Below, in pieces: positions 23,310-30,413 of a stretch of 64,000 bases of DNA. Position 1 is the first letter of the stretch, and each line of letters opens with the position of its first letter. Position numbers and translations under genes: made by a program. Where the stretch lies: positions 1 through 64,000 of IMG/VR virus record IMGVR_UViG_3300041402_000314. One strand, 5' to 3'. The notes beneath the pieces are model-generated. The model was not told the origin of the DNA. It ran no database searches and saw nothing but the letters and a program-made list of their open reading frames with translations.

Positions 23310-24181
23310 GTCCTATATAGACAGTTTTTAATAATATATCCCAACACATCATTATCCACCAACCGTTTAGCCATCGGAATATTCTGTGTATCTATAGCAC
23401 TTCTAACCACTGTAGACGAACAATCTATTGGAGCATCGGCATCTACCAGCATATGAGGTTCTTTCAGGAACCACGAGCTACTTGTTATATTCAAATCTTC
23501 TTCAGCTCTCGGAACAACTACAAAGGGTATTCTTCTTTCCAGTTCATCCCAACCAACCCATTTATTGGTGGTCATAGCATTATCAGCTCCCATTATGAAA
23601 GAGAACTGGTAATTATCATACTCAGGGTCATCGAGGATGCGATTCACGCAGTTTAAAGTCTCTCCCTTGAGCATGTGCCTTATTTCATAATCAAAAGCCT
23701 TTATACGTCCATCTACGGCTACAGCCATCTCTACCATTTTCAATCTTTGTTCTGGAGAAGTCATTTCCTTTCCGAACAGATGTTGGTAGCAAGGCATCAA
23801 CCAGACTTCATCAAATTTACCTGTAGCATCCAGAACCAATTGAGCTGTTTCTATATGACCTTTAGTAACAGGGTCAAAAGCTCCACCCAATATGGCTACC
23901 TTAGTCTTACGGCCTAATGATTTATATTGCTGTTCTCTTCTCTTTATCTTCTCATGAGCCATAGCTATGACATTAGATGCGTCCTCGCCCATTTCAGAGA
24001 TACCAGCTAGAACAGAACAAAGCAGATCGCCATATTCTTCTTTGAGATGATTTATATCAAGAAATCTACCGACCTCTTCTGCTTCTCTCTGGATATCCTT
24101 AACTCTTTCCGTTAATGGAGTCCTACCGAACATCTTTTGGAAGAGTTCATAATTCCTGTCTTGAAGGTCTTTTATACTCAT
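23306..24181 (-). CDS. nadD: MazG-like domain fused to NadD/NMNAT nucleotidyltransferase
   Basis: N-terminal REAEEV...EEYGDLL (MazG-like); C-terminal AILGGAFDPVTKGH (HxGH), FIMGAD, CSSTVVR. Probable ATG at 24181; the ORF track extends to 24283. Confidence 0.85.
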   Translation of the reverse strand: MSIKDLQDRNYELFQKMFGRTPLTERVKDIQREAEEVGRFLDINHLKEEYGDLLCSVLAGISEMGEDASNVIAMAHEKIKRREQQYKSLGRKTKVAILGGAFDPVTKGHIETAQLVLDATGKFDEVWLMPCYQHLFGKEMTSPEQRLKMVEMAVAVDGRIKAFDYEIRHMLKGETLNCVNRILDDPEYDNYQFSFIMGADNAMTTNKWVGWDELERRIPFVVVPRAEEDLNITSSSWFLKEPHMLVDADAPIDCSSTVVRSAIDTQNIPMAKRLVDNDVLGYIIKNCLYRT

Positions 24182-24355
24182 AGTTAATCCACAAATATCT
24201 CTAAAGGTTTTATCAGATAAATCCCTAATCATAGGCATTAATATTTTAGGAATTTCTTCATCCACAGTTAATCCCACTACCAACTATCATCATTATTAAT
24301 CCAGCGATAATGATGATAGTACCAAATATCAATTCAAACAGTCTCCATTTGTCCA

Positions 24356-24580
24356 TTATTTTATCACCCAAGCGTCAACAACACCCTTTATACGACCTGT
24401 TTGAAGTGCTTCAGAATACCCCCTTAACATACCTTCTTCGATGGTTCTCACTAATCTATCACCACATTTATCGAAGACGGTTTGGGCGAATGTTTCCTTA
24501 TCCTCTTCGGATGCCCAATCAGGACAAATATTATCCAAAAATTCTAAGATCGTTTTCTTATATTTGATATCAGTTTCCAT
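24356..24580 (-). CDS. hypothetical protein
   Basis: GAGGAG RBS. Confidence 0.55.
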   Translation of the reverse strand: METDIKYKKTILEFLDNICPDWASEEDKETFAQTVFDKCGDRLVRTIEEGMLRGYSEALQTGRIKGVVDAWVIK

Positions 24581-24645
24581 AAACGTTTCTCCTCAATTTT
24601 CAAACCATTATATTGTATATCAAATCAAAAGTCAAGTATTAATTT

Positions 24646-24720
24646 TGGAGCGGATATCGGAATTCGAATCCGACCTTTAAACTTGGCAAGCTTACGTGCT
24701 ACCACTAACACTATATCCGC
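24646..24720 (-). tRNA. tRNA-Gly(GCC)
   Basis: TAAGC-TTGCCAA-GTTTA; U73; CCA. Confidence 0.9.
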
Positions 24721-24726
24721 AAATTT

Positions 24727-24805
24727 TGGAGCGGATGGGGCGAGTCGAACGCCTTATTTACAGTTTGGAAAACTGCTTACCAATACCCTTGGCTTAACCA
24801 CCCGC
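24727..24805 (-). tRNA. tRNA-Gly(TCC) with enlarged D region
   Basis: GCAGT-TTTCCAA-ACTGT; GCGGGTG/CATCCGC-T-CCA; D region refolded as GCCAA-GGGTA-TTGGT. Confidence 0.8.
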
Positions 24806-24997
24806 ATTATCTAAACATTCTTTACATTTAAAAATTTCTGTACCATCATACATTTCAGTTTTAGAGTCGATTTTCCATAACCCCATACCAAACAATATAC
24901 AACTACTATCTTGCAAAAACCTACATATAACATATGCTCCTTCGGCATTCAAACTTCTACAAAGCTTACCATCTGGAACTTGAACTTGAACTAACAT
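24794..24997 (-). CDS. small Cys-rich protein, paralog-like to 8579..8782
   Basis: VQVPDGKLC...CRFL..CILF...KCKECL; stop codon lies inside tRNA-Gly(TCC). Confidence 0.5.
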   Translation of the reverse strand: MLVQVQVPDGKLCRSLNAEGAYVICRFLQDSSCILFGMGLWKIDSKTEMYDGTEIFKCKECLDNAGG

Positions 24998-25018
24998 TTT
25001 ATTCGCCTTTTTATTTTT

Positions 25019-25114
25019 TGGAGGAGAGGAGGAGATTTGAACTCCCATCGGAACCCGAAGACCCCGAATACGCTTTTCAAGAGCGTTCGACTATTCCCCA
25101 CTGTCAACCTCTCC
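25019..25114 (-). tRNA. tRNA-Ser(TGA)
   Basis: ACGCT-CTTGAAA-AGCGT, long TTCG-capped variable arm, U73 discriminator (G is usual for Ser), CCA. Confidence 0.85.
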
Positions 25115-25121
25115 AAATATT

Positions 25122-25322
25122 TTATAATCTAATACGTGACCCATCATTCCAAACCCATTCAAATACGGTATCGGAATCCCTGAATTTAATGAGATAACCA
25201 CTTCTCCAGTCAAGGCCACCTGTTTCTATTTTATGTTTCACCCACTCATCAATTTGCTTTCTTGTGGACAAATCGGTTCCTGTTTCTTCTGTATTATTTT
25301 TAATCAGTTTATAACGTGCCAT
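25122..25322 (-). CDS. hypothetical protein
   Basis: GAGGAAGG RBS. Confidence 0.5.
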   Translation of the reverse strand: MARYKLIKNNTEETGTDLSTRKQIDEWVKHKIETGGLDWRSGYLIKFRDSDTVFEWVWNDGSRIRL

Positions 25323-25323
25323 T

Positions 25324-25554
25324 TCAAACCTTCCTCAATTTCCATGCTAACCAATGGATAAATCCTTTAGAATATTTATAGTCATAAAATACAATAGCAG
25401 GTCTCATATTTTCAACATGTTTAATAAAATCTTTAGACATGTAAGGTGCTTTCAAAATTACCTTCGGTGATGATATATAAGGTAATATTTCTTCTATCTC
25501 TAAAAAATCTATTTGATGGATTCTAGCTATATTTTCAATATCTTCTTTAGTCAT
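25324..25554 (-). CDS. hypothetical protein
   Basis: 76 aa in operon. Confidence 0.5.
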   Translation of the reverse strand: MTKEDIENIARIHQIDFLEIEEILPYISSPKVILKAPYMSKDFIKHVENMRPAIVFYDYKYSKGFIHWLAWKLRKV

Positions 25555-25786
25555 TATTACCTTTGTATGTAAAATGATACCAATACCTAATACTCAAAAC
25601 AACCCAAAGGACAATCCATATTACATTAATAACTGGCACTGCTAATATTCCGCTCATATACCATATTATAGGGTTTTTATAATTATAACCGAATTTATGA
25701 TCAGGACCGCGAAATATATCTTCGCCAATGCAATACAAATAAAAACAAATAGCCAATCCTAAACCAACATACAAATAATATAACAT
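25547..25786 (-). CDS. membrane protein
   Basis: Two hydrophobic helices; GAGGA RBS. Confidence 0.6.
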   Translation of the reverse strand: MLYYLYVGLGLAICFYLYCIGEDIFRGPDHKFGYNYKNPIIWYMSGILAVPVINVIWIVLWVVLSIRYWYHFTYKGNND

Positions 25787-25802
25787 ATTATCCTCAATTT
25801 TT

Positions 25803-25890
25803 TGGCGGAGCGTGAGGAATTCGAATCCTCGTAGCTGTTACGCTAACCATCGCTTTCCAAGCGAGTACCTTACCACTCAGTCAACACTCC
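25803..25890 (-). tRNA. tRNA-Ser(GGA)
   Basis: Loop TTGGAAA, long variable arm, G73, CCA. Confidence 0.92.
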
Positions 25891-26180
25891 TAGAATTTTT
25901 TCATAACTTCTTTTATATCTTTACCATAACATTCTCTATTCAACTGACAAGTTTTTATATTGGCGGTTATATCGAAATCTTTAACTTTATCTAATTTCAA
26001 ATTCATTAATGTATTAGTAATGAATGATTCTGTTCGGTCTTGTATTTCCAGATCATCCTCATCATATTTATAATCAATACCAGCTTCAGTCAATGCCTGT
26101 TCTATTATAAAAGCAACAGTTGATTTACCAGCACCAGCGGTTCCGCCTATTTTTATTATCACATCGCTATTCATAATCAA
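25890..26180 (-). CDS. short P-loop-containing hypothetical protein
   Basis: IKIGGTAGAGKST Walker A-like motif in a 96 aa ORF. Confidence 0.55.
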   Translation of the reverse strand: MIMNSDVIIKIGGTAGAGKSTVAFIIEQALTEAGIDYKYDEDDLEIQDRTESFITNTLMNLKLDKVKDFDITANIKTCQLNRECYGKDIKEVMKKF

Positions 26181-26199
26181 ACTCCTTATTCAATTTTAA

Positions 26200-26285
26200 T
26201 GGTGGGTATGGAATGATTCGAACATTCTCAGCCTAAGACAGTGGATTTACAGTCCACTTCAGCTCTCCAACTCTGACGCATACCC
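26200..26285 (-). tRNA. tRNA-Tyr(GTA)
   Basis: GTGGA-CTGTAAA-TCCAC, variable arm, A73, CCA. Confidence 0.92.
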
Positions 26286-26299
26286 ATTTATTTAATTTT

Positions 26300-26385
26300 T
26301 GGTGGTCGTAGTAAGAATCGAACTTACACAGTACAAAGACGAGAGGTTTACAATCTCCGAGGCTCACCACCTGCCCAATACGACC
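26300..26385 (-). tRNA. second tRNA-Tyr(GTA)
   Basis: Loop TTGTAAA, variable arm, GGTCGTA/TACGACC-A-CCA; mismatch at pair 31:39. Confidence 0.82.
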
Positions 26386-26511
26386 TTATTTTTAATGCTG
26401 GAGTTAAGTTGTATCCAGCTACCCACATAGCTAAATTATGAAGTGCTACATCAGGAACCGTTGCGCGTCCTTGTTAGGCAATCAAGCTTCCTTCATAATC
26501 GCGGTATTTTT

Positions 26512-26659
26512 AATATGTATTCATGGTGAGTGGCACTAAGCCCTTACAATCTAGTTCATTAATCGTCATTAATGCTATTATTTTATCGGTTTGGCTGTCT
26601 ACTTTAACCGCTAGATCAAGCATTTACAGCTACCTTATGCCTCCCCATCAATACATATT
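26512..26659 (-). ncRNA. candidate rod-shaped ncRNA
   Basis: Nested stems AATATGTATT/AATACATATT, ATGG/CCAT, GGCA/TGCC, TAAG/CTTA, ATCTAG/CTAGAT, CGGTT/AACCG, CATTAAT/ATTAATG. Confidence 0.5.
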
Positions 26660-26666
26660 TAATTTT

Positions 26667-26742
26667 TGGAGCCTCCAGAGACAATCGAAATCTCATCTAT
26701 GGGTTACAAATCCATTGTTCTTGCCACTTGAACTATAGAGGC
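26667..26742 (-). tRNA. tRNA-Thr(TGT)
   Basis: Loop TTTGTAA; GCCTCTA/TGGAGGC-T-CCA. Confidence 0.9.
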
Positions 26743-26751
26743 ATATTTTTC

Positions 26752-26941
26752 TTATTTTATCCTATCTCTCAATTCTAACAACTCAAAATGAGTCTTGCGA
26801 AGTGTTTCTCTAAACTTCTGATTATACTCTTCAGAACCCCCAACATTCTTCAACCACGATCTCTGATAAATTTTTAATCGCAGACTGAAGGTGTGCTTTA
26901 ACGTCATCCAATCTTTCATCCGCTGTTGTAGTAACACTCAT
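26752..26941 (-). pseudogene. frameshifted small protein gene
   Basis: GGGAG RBS + ATG at 26941: MSVTTTADERLDDVKAHLQSAIKNLSEIVVEECWG, then a stop; removing one G from the G5 run (26837-26841) continues as SEEYNQKFRETLRKTHFELLELRDRIK. Confidence 0.6.
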
Positions 26942-26959
26942 CTCAAACTCCCTTTAATT

Positions 26960-27400
26960 ATTGGTCATAGTGATACGGACTATGACCGATCTCTATTTTT
27001 CACTACCGCACTAGCTACACTACACTTAGTAGTAGTCACCCCTTATAGTCAGTGTTATCAGCTTCTATGGCTTATTGCGTCTCTATGAGAAGACCTACCT
27101 CCACTTTTACCCTTGTTAGGGTGATAACCTTTCTATATCGTACAGGGATTATTCCGTCACGTTAATTAGAGTACGCATCTAATATCGTCTATTCCTACCT
27201 ACTCTTTTTTCAATAGGAACGGAAAGATTAATGGTGTTCAGGTCGCTCTATTGTCTCCTAGTCAGGTATTAAAAAAGAACCACTTCCTTTCAGAGAATCG
27301 AACTCCAACATCGTTTTGCCTAGAATTTATTGATGTCTCCTACCCATTACAAGAAACCATTCTACTTAGATACGATAGCCCTCAATGCACCATTAAAATT
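26960..27400 (-). ncRNA. candidate large structured ncRNA (~440 nt)
   Basis: No credible ORF; consensus promoter at 27416-27444; several long-range stems and a TTCGATT T-loop hairpin. Confidence 0.55.
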
Positions 27401-27415
27401 ATTCATTATTAAACC

Positions 27416-27444
27416 ATTATAACAAATTCCTTTTCATTTGTCAA
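27416..27444 (-). promoter_or_regulatory. sigma70-type promoter upstream of the large ncRNA candidate
   Basis: TTGACA-17-TATAAT. Confidence 0.85.
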
Positions 27445-27452
27445 GAACTATT

Positions 27453-28511
27453 TTACATTTGTTCTTGTTGGAAGAAATAATCTCTTACTACCTTAGAGAC
27501 TTTGTTGTTTACTTCCTTGACATCCAGACCAGCATCGGTAATGATGTCGAGGTCTTCCTTTACGATATCACCAATAACCCATCTGATGAAATCTCCCATT
27601 CCTTTACGATCTATCTCTCCGCCATTCAGAGTATCGAATGTTTCCTGTATGCCTTGCTCCATACGGAAAGCAGGAGTAATCTTATTTACCACTTCATTAA
27701 CAAGATTCATTTTAGCTTCGTCTACTTTAGGCAGCTTCTTTACTTTACTGGTAGAATGCTTTTCTCCCTTGACCTTAAAGCGAAAGTCATTGCCGTTAAA
27801 AACGCCTTTCCAGACCACACCCTCACCAACACCTTCATTTCCTAATTGGAAGGCCACAGGGCATCTTTCCTCGACTTCCAAAGTGATTTCATTCAACTTA
27901 TTCTGAAAAGCCTCTGGTTTATTGAAATCTATTTTTATTTCGAAGGTAGGAAATTCATCTATAAAGTAAATGTTATGATCATTAATTTTACTACCTCTAT
28001 TATTCGGACATACTTTACTTAAGTCTAACCAGAATCCATCTTCTTCATCATCATGAGACGTTATCTTAACATCGAAGATAACGAACATCTTATCAAGCCC
28101 ATTGACCCCAACACCTTTCTGAATAGACCCACCGCTGACTTCCCCGAAAATAGAAATGATGTTATTAATAGTATCGATATTAAAATCCTTAATTATTTCA
28201 GCTACGATATTATTGAATGAAACTTTTCTCGCATGTACGAAACAAGAAAACCCACAATTATCTTTTTCTGGGGTGATGATATTTTTCCTAGATTGCGTCC
28301 AAATACCACTTTCAGCATTAAAGCATACTGCACCATTACTTCCATGAATTTTAGTGGTTCCTGTTAATTTCAGAACTGGTTTCGGTCTCATCCCATCATA
28401 TACGGGTTCACCATCTTCTCCTATTCCTACAAAACTAGCAGAATGGCTTATATGTTTAACAATATTTCTATACTGTTCTATACTTGGGTACTTAATAAAC
28501 TTCTTTTCCAT
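27453..28511 (-). CDS. ATP-dependent RNA ligase (Rnl2-like)
   Basis: KYPSI, TKIHGSN (motif I KxxG), IFGEV, VIFDV, GEGVVW, FKVKGEKH. Confidence 0.88.
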   Translation of the reverse strand: MEKKFIKYPSIEQYRNIVKHISHSASFVGIGEDGEPVYDGMRPKPVLKLTGTTKIHGSNGAVCFNAESGIWTQSRKNIITPEKDNCGFSCFVHARKVSFNNIVAEIIKDFNIDTINNIISIFGEVSGGSIQKGVGVNGLDKMFVIFDVKITSHDDEEDGFWLDLSKVCPNNRGSKINDHNIYFIDEFPTFEIKIDFNKPEAFQNKLNEITLEVEERCPVAFQLGNEGVGEGVVWKGVFNGNDFRFKVKGEKHSTSKVKKLPKVDEAKMNLVNEVVNKITPAFRMEQGIQETFDTLNGGEIDRKGMGDFIRWVIGDIVKEDLDIITDAGLDVKEVNNKVSKVVRDYFFQQEQM

Positions 28512-28579
28512 TTTTATTCAATCTCCTATTTTATTCTTTATATAAATAATTAAAACACTTAATATCTTAGGACTAATAT

Positions 28580-29365
28580 ATGTTTCATTATGTTTATAGA
28601 ATAACCAATATAACGCCTCGATTAGAAAAATATTATATTGGAGTTCGATCTTCTTTAGATGAACCAAATGATGATAATTATTGGTCTTCATCGAAATATT
28701 TAAAGGAAGATATTAGTACCTTTGGTTTATCAAATTTTAAAAAGAAAATCATCAAAATTTTCAACAACCGAAAAGAAGCCATTGATTTCGAAATCAAAAT
28801 TCAAACTAAATTACAAGTTCATCACCATCCCTTATTTTATAATAAATCTACACAACCTTCAAATAAATTCAACAATCAAGGAAATCCAGAAATTATTAAA
28901 AGAAAAGTTCAAACAATGCAAAATACTATCATTGATGGTAAAACACTTTATCAAATAGCCGTCGCTAAAGGTATTGAAACTAAAAAGACAAAAATTTTAC
29001 CAAATGGTTTAACTGTATCAGAAAATCAAGTAGCTAATTTTATCGCCAATTTAGATATTCCCGATTCTAAAACTGGATTGACTCTTAGACAAAAATTACG
29101 GAAACCAAAAAACAATACATCTAATTATACTGGCAATCCAAAAACAGTCATTTTATATGATAGTAAAGATAATATCAAACATACTATCAATGATGGATTC
29201 CAAAAATACTGTCTTTTGTATAATTTACCATATACTGCTTTCAGAAAATCATACGGCGAACAAATACCAGTATATGAAAATATAACAAATCCCCGTACTA
29301 TTACCCTATTAAAGAACAAAAAATATTGGCAATATAAAGGTTGGTATGCCATTTTAAAGGTTTAG
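28580..29365 (+). CDS. GIY-YIG (Seg-like) homing endonuclease
   Basis: HYVYRITN...YYIGVRS, YWSSS, AIDFEIK, FYNK; opposite strand to neighbours; TATAAATA late promoter upstream. Confidence 0.85.
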   Translation: MFHYVYRITNITPRLEKYYIGVRSSLDEPNDDNYWSSSKYLKEDISTFGLSNFKKKIIKIFNNRKEAIDFEIKIQTKLQVHHHPLFYNKSTQPSNKFNNQGNPEIIKRKVQTMQNTIIDGKTLYQIAVAKGIETKKTKILPNGLTVSENQVANFIANLDIPDSKTGLTLRQKLRKPKNNTSNYTGNPKTVILYDSKDNIKHTINDGFQKYCLLYNLPYTAFRKSYGEQIPVYENITNPRTITLLKNKKYWQYKGWYAILKV

Positions 29366-29383
29366 TTCTTAATTCTAGGTTTC

Positions 29384-29686
29384 TCAATCTCCCTTATAAT
29401 ATTCACTTCTTCGTTTGGTAAAATTTTCTTTGTACAGCTCTTCTAGTCTTTCCTCAGTATTCTTCTCTGGTAGAACTGCATCTACTCCACATACAGGACA
29501 CATAGCAGTTTGTCCATCATCGACATATTCTGTTATCCCAGAACCTTTATAATTAGTACAACAACAGTAACAGCTACAATCGGTATCATCATTTATCAGA
29601 TGAGCATTTTTAAAAGACATTTCAGTTGCATTCCTTGTTGTAGAAAACATAGTATCAGGGCAATTATCTTCAAAATGTTTAGTCAT
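29384..29686 (-). CDS. conserved Cys-rich zinc-binding protein
   Basis: CSCYCC...DDGQTAMCPVCGVDAVLP; GGAG RBS. Confidence 0.65.
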   Translation of the reverse strand: MTKHFEDNCPDTMFSTTRNATEMSFKNAHLINDDTDCSCYCCCTNYKGSGITEYVDDGQTAMCPVCGVDAVLPEKNTEERLEELYKENFTKRRSEYYKGD

Positions 29687-29715
29687 TTTTCAATCTCCTT
29701 AATTATTTAAAGACT

Positions 29716-29784
29716 ATTGTAACAAATTTGTTTTCAGATGTCAAGCACAAAAAAGCCTCTCATCCGATTATGGAGAAGAGGCTT
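29716..29784 (-). terminator. intrinsic terminator fused to a sigma70 promoter
   Basis: AAGCCTCT..TCC/GGA..AGAGGCTT + T run, then GTGC, then TTGACA-17-TACAAT. Confidence 0.85.
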
Positions 29785-29811
29785 ATTGATAACAAAATTT
29801 TCCGTTACGTC

Positions 29812-29922
29812 TTACAATAAACCCTCTCCATTAGATATAGCTGTGCCAGTATAGCTGGAACTCTCGGTTCCGACTACTGAATACGAATAGCTATATGTTG
29901 TGGTTGTGTTTATTGCGTTCAT
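29812..29922 (-). CDS. putative attenuator leader peptide 3 (36 aa, Thr/Ser/Tyr-rich)
   Basis: AAGGA RBS; MNAINTTTTYSYSYSVVGTESSSYTGTAISNGEGLL-TAA. Confidence 0.55.
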   Translation of the reverse strand: MNAINTTTTYSYSYSVVGTESSSYTGTAISNGEGLL

Positions 29923-29968
29923 TTTGTTTCCTTTATTTTTAATTAATTTTTCGAAATGTTCTATTACA

Positions 29969-30223
29969 TTATCCTTTTTTTCCAGTTACATAACTTGGTT
30001 TCGTAACCGTTACATTCTTATTTTTAATAGTAACGACATCATCTTTAAAGATAGTTACATCTTTACCATTGATTTTAACCGAAAATTTACCATTAGGCTC
30101 TACATTTGAATCGAAACCAGCTTTATTTAAAAGTTTGCGTATTTTCTCTTGATTCTTACTGCCCTCATACGTAACACTACCTTCATTCAGGGCTTCATCT
30201 ATCCTTTCTATAATATCGGTCAT
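29969..30223 (-). CDS. late hypothetical protein with MxDIIERIDxxLxE N-terminus
   Basis: TATAAATA at 30242-30249; AAGGA RBS. Confidence 0.65.
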   Translation of the reverse strand: MTDIIERIDEALNEGSVTYEGSKNQEKIRKLLNKAGFDSNVEPNGKFSVKINGKDVTIFKDDVVTIKNKNVTVTKPSYVTGKKG

Positions 30224-30241
30224 GACAATCCTTATTTTAAG

Positions 30242-30249
30242 TATTTATA
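30242..30249 (-). promoter_or_regulatory. T4-type late promoter
   Basis: TATAAATA just upstream of an RBS. Confidence 0.7.
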
Positions 30250-30413
30250 TCTTCTATTTTTCTTCTCTGAATGCGTGACTAACTAAGGCGGAATCTTCAC
30301 CGCAATCAGGACATCTTTCTGTATGAGGTGGAGTCAAAGCCTTCGCAACTGATTTCTCAAAATATTTATGACACTTCTTACAAAAGTATTTATATAATGC
30401 CATATTTATCTCC

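Noticed and set aside
26512-26659. tmRNA
   Set aside because: The GGGGAGG start and ACCA end do not form a proper 7 bp G3:U70 acceptor with a T-arm, the element is too short and no tag ORF was found.
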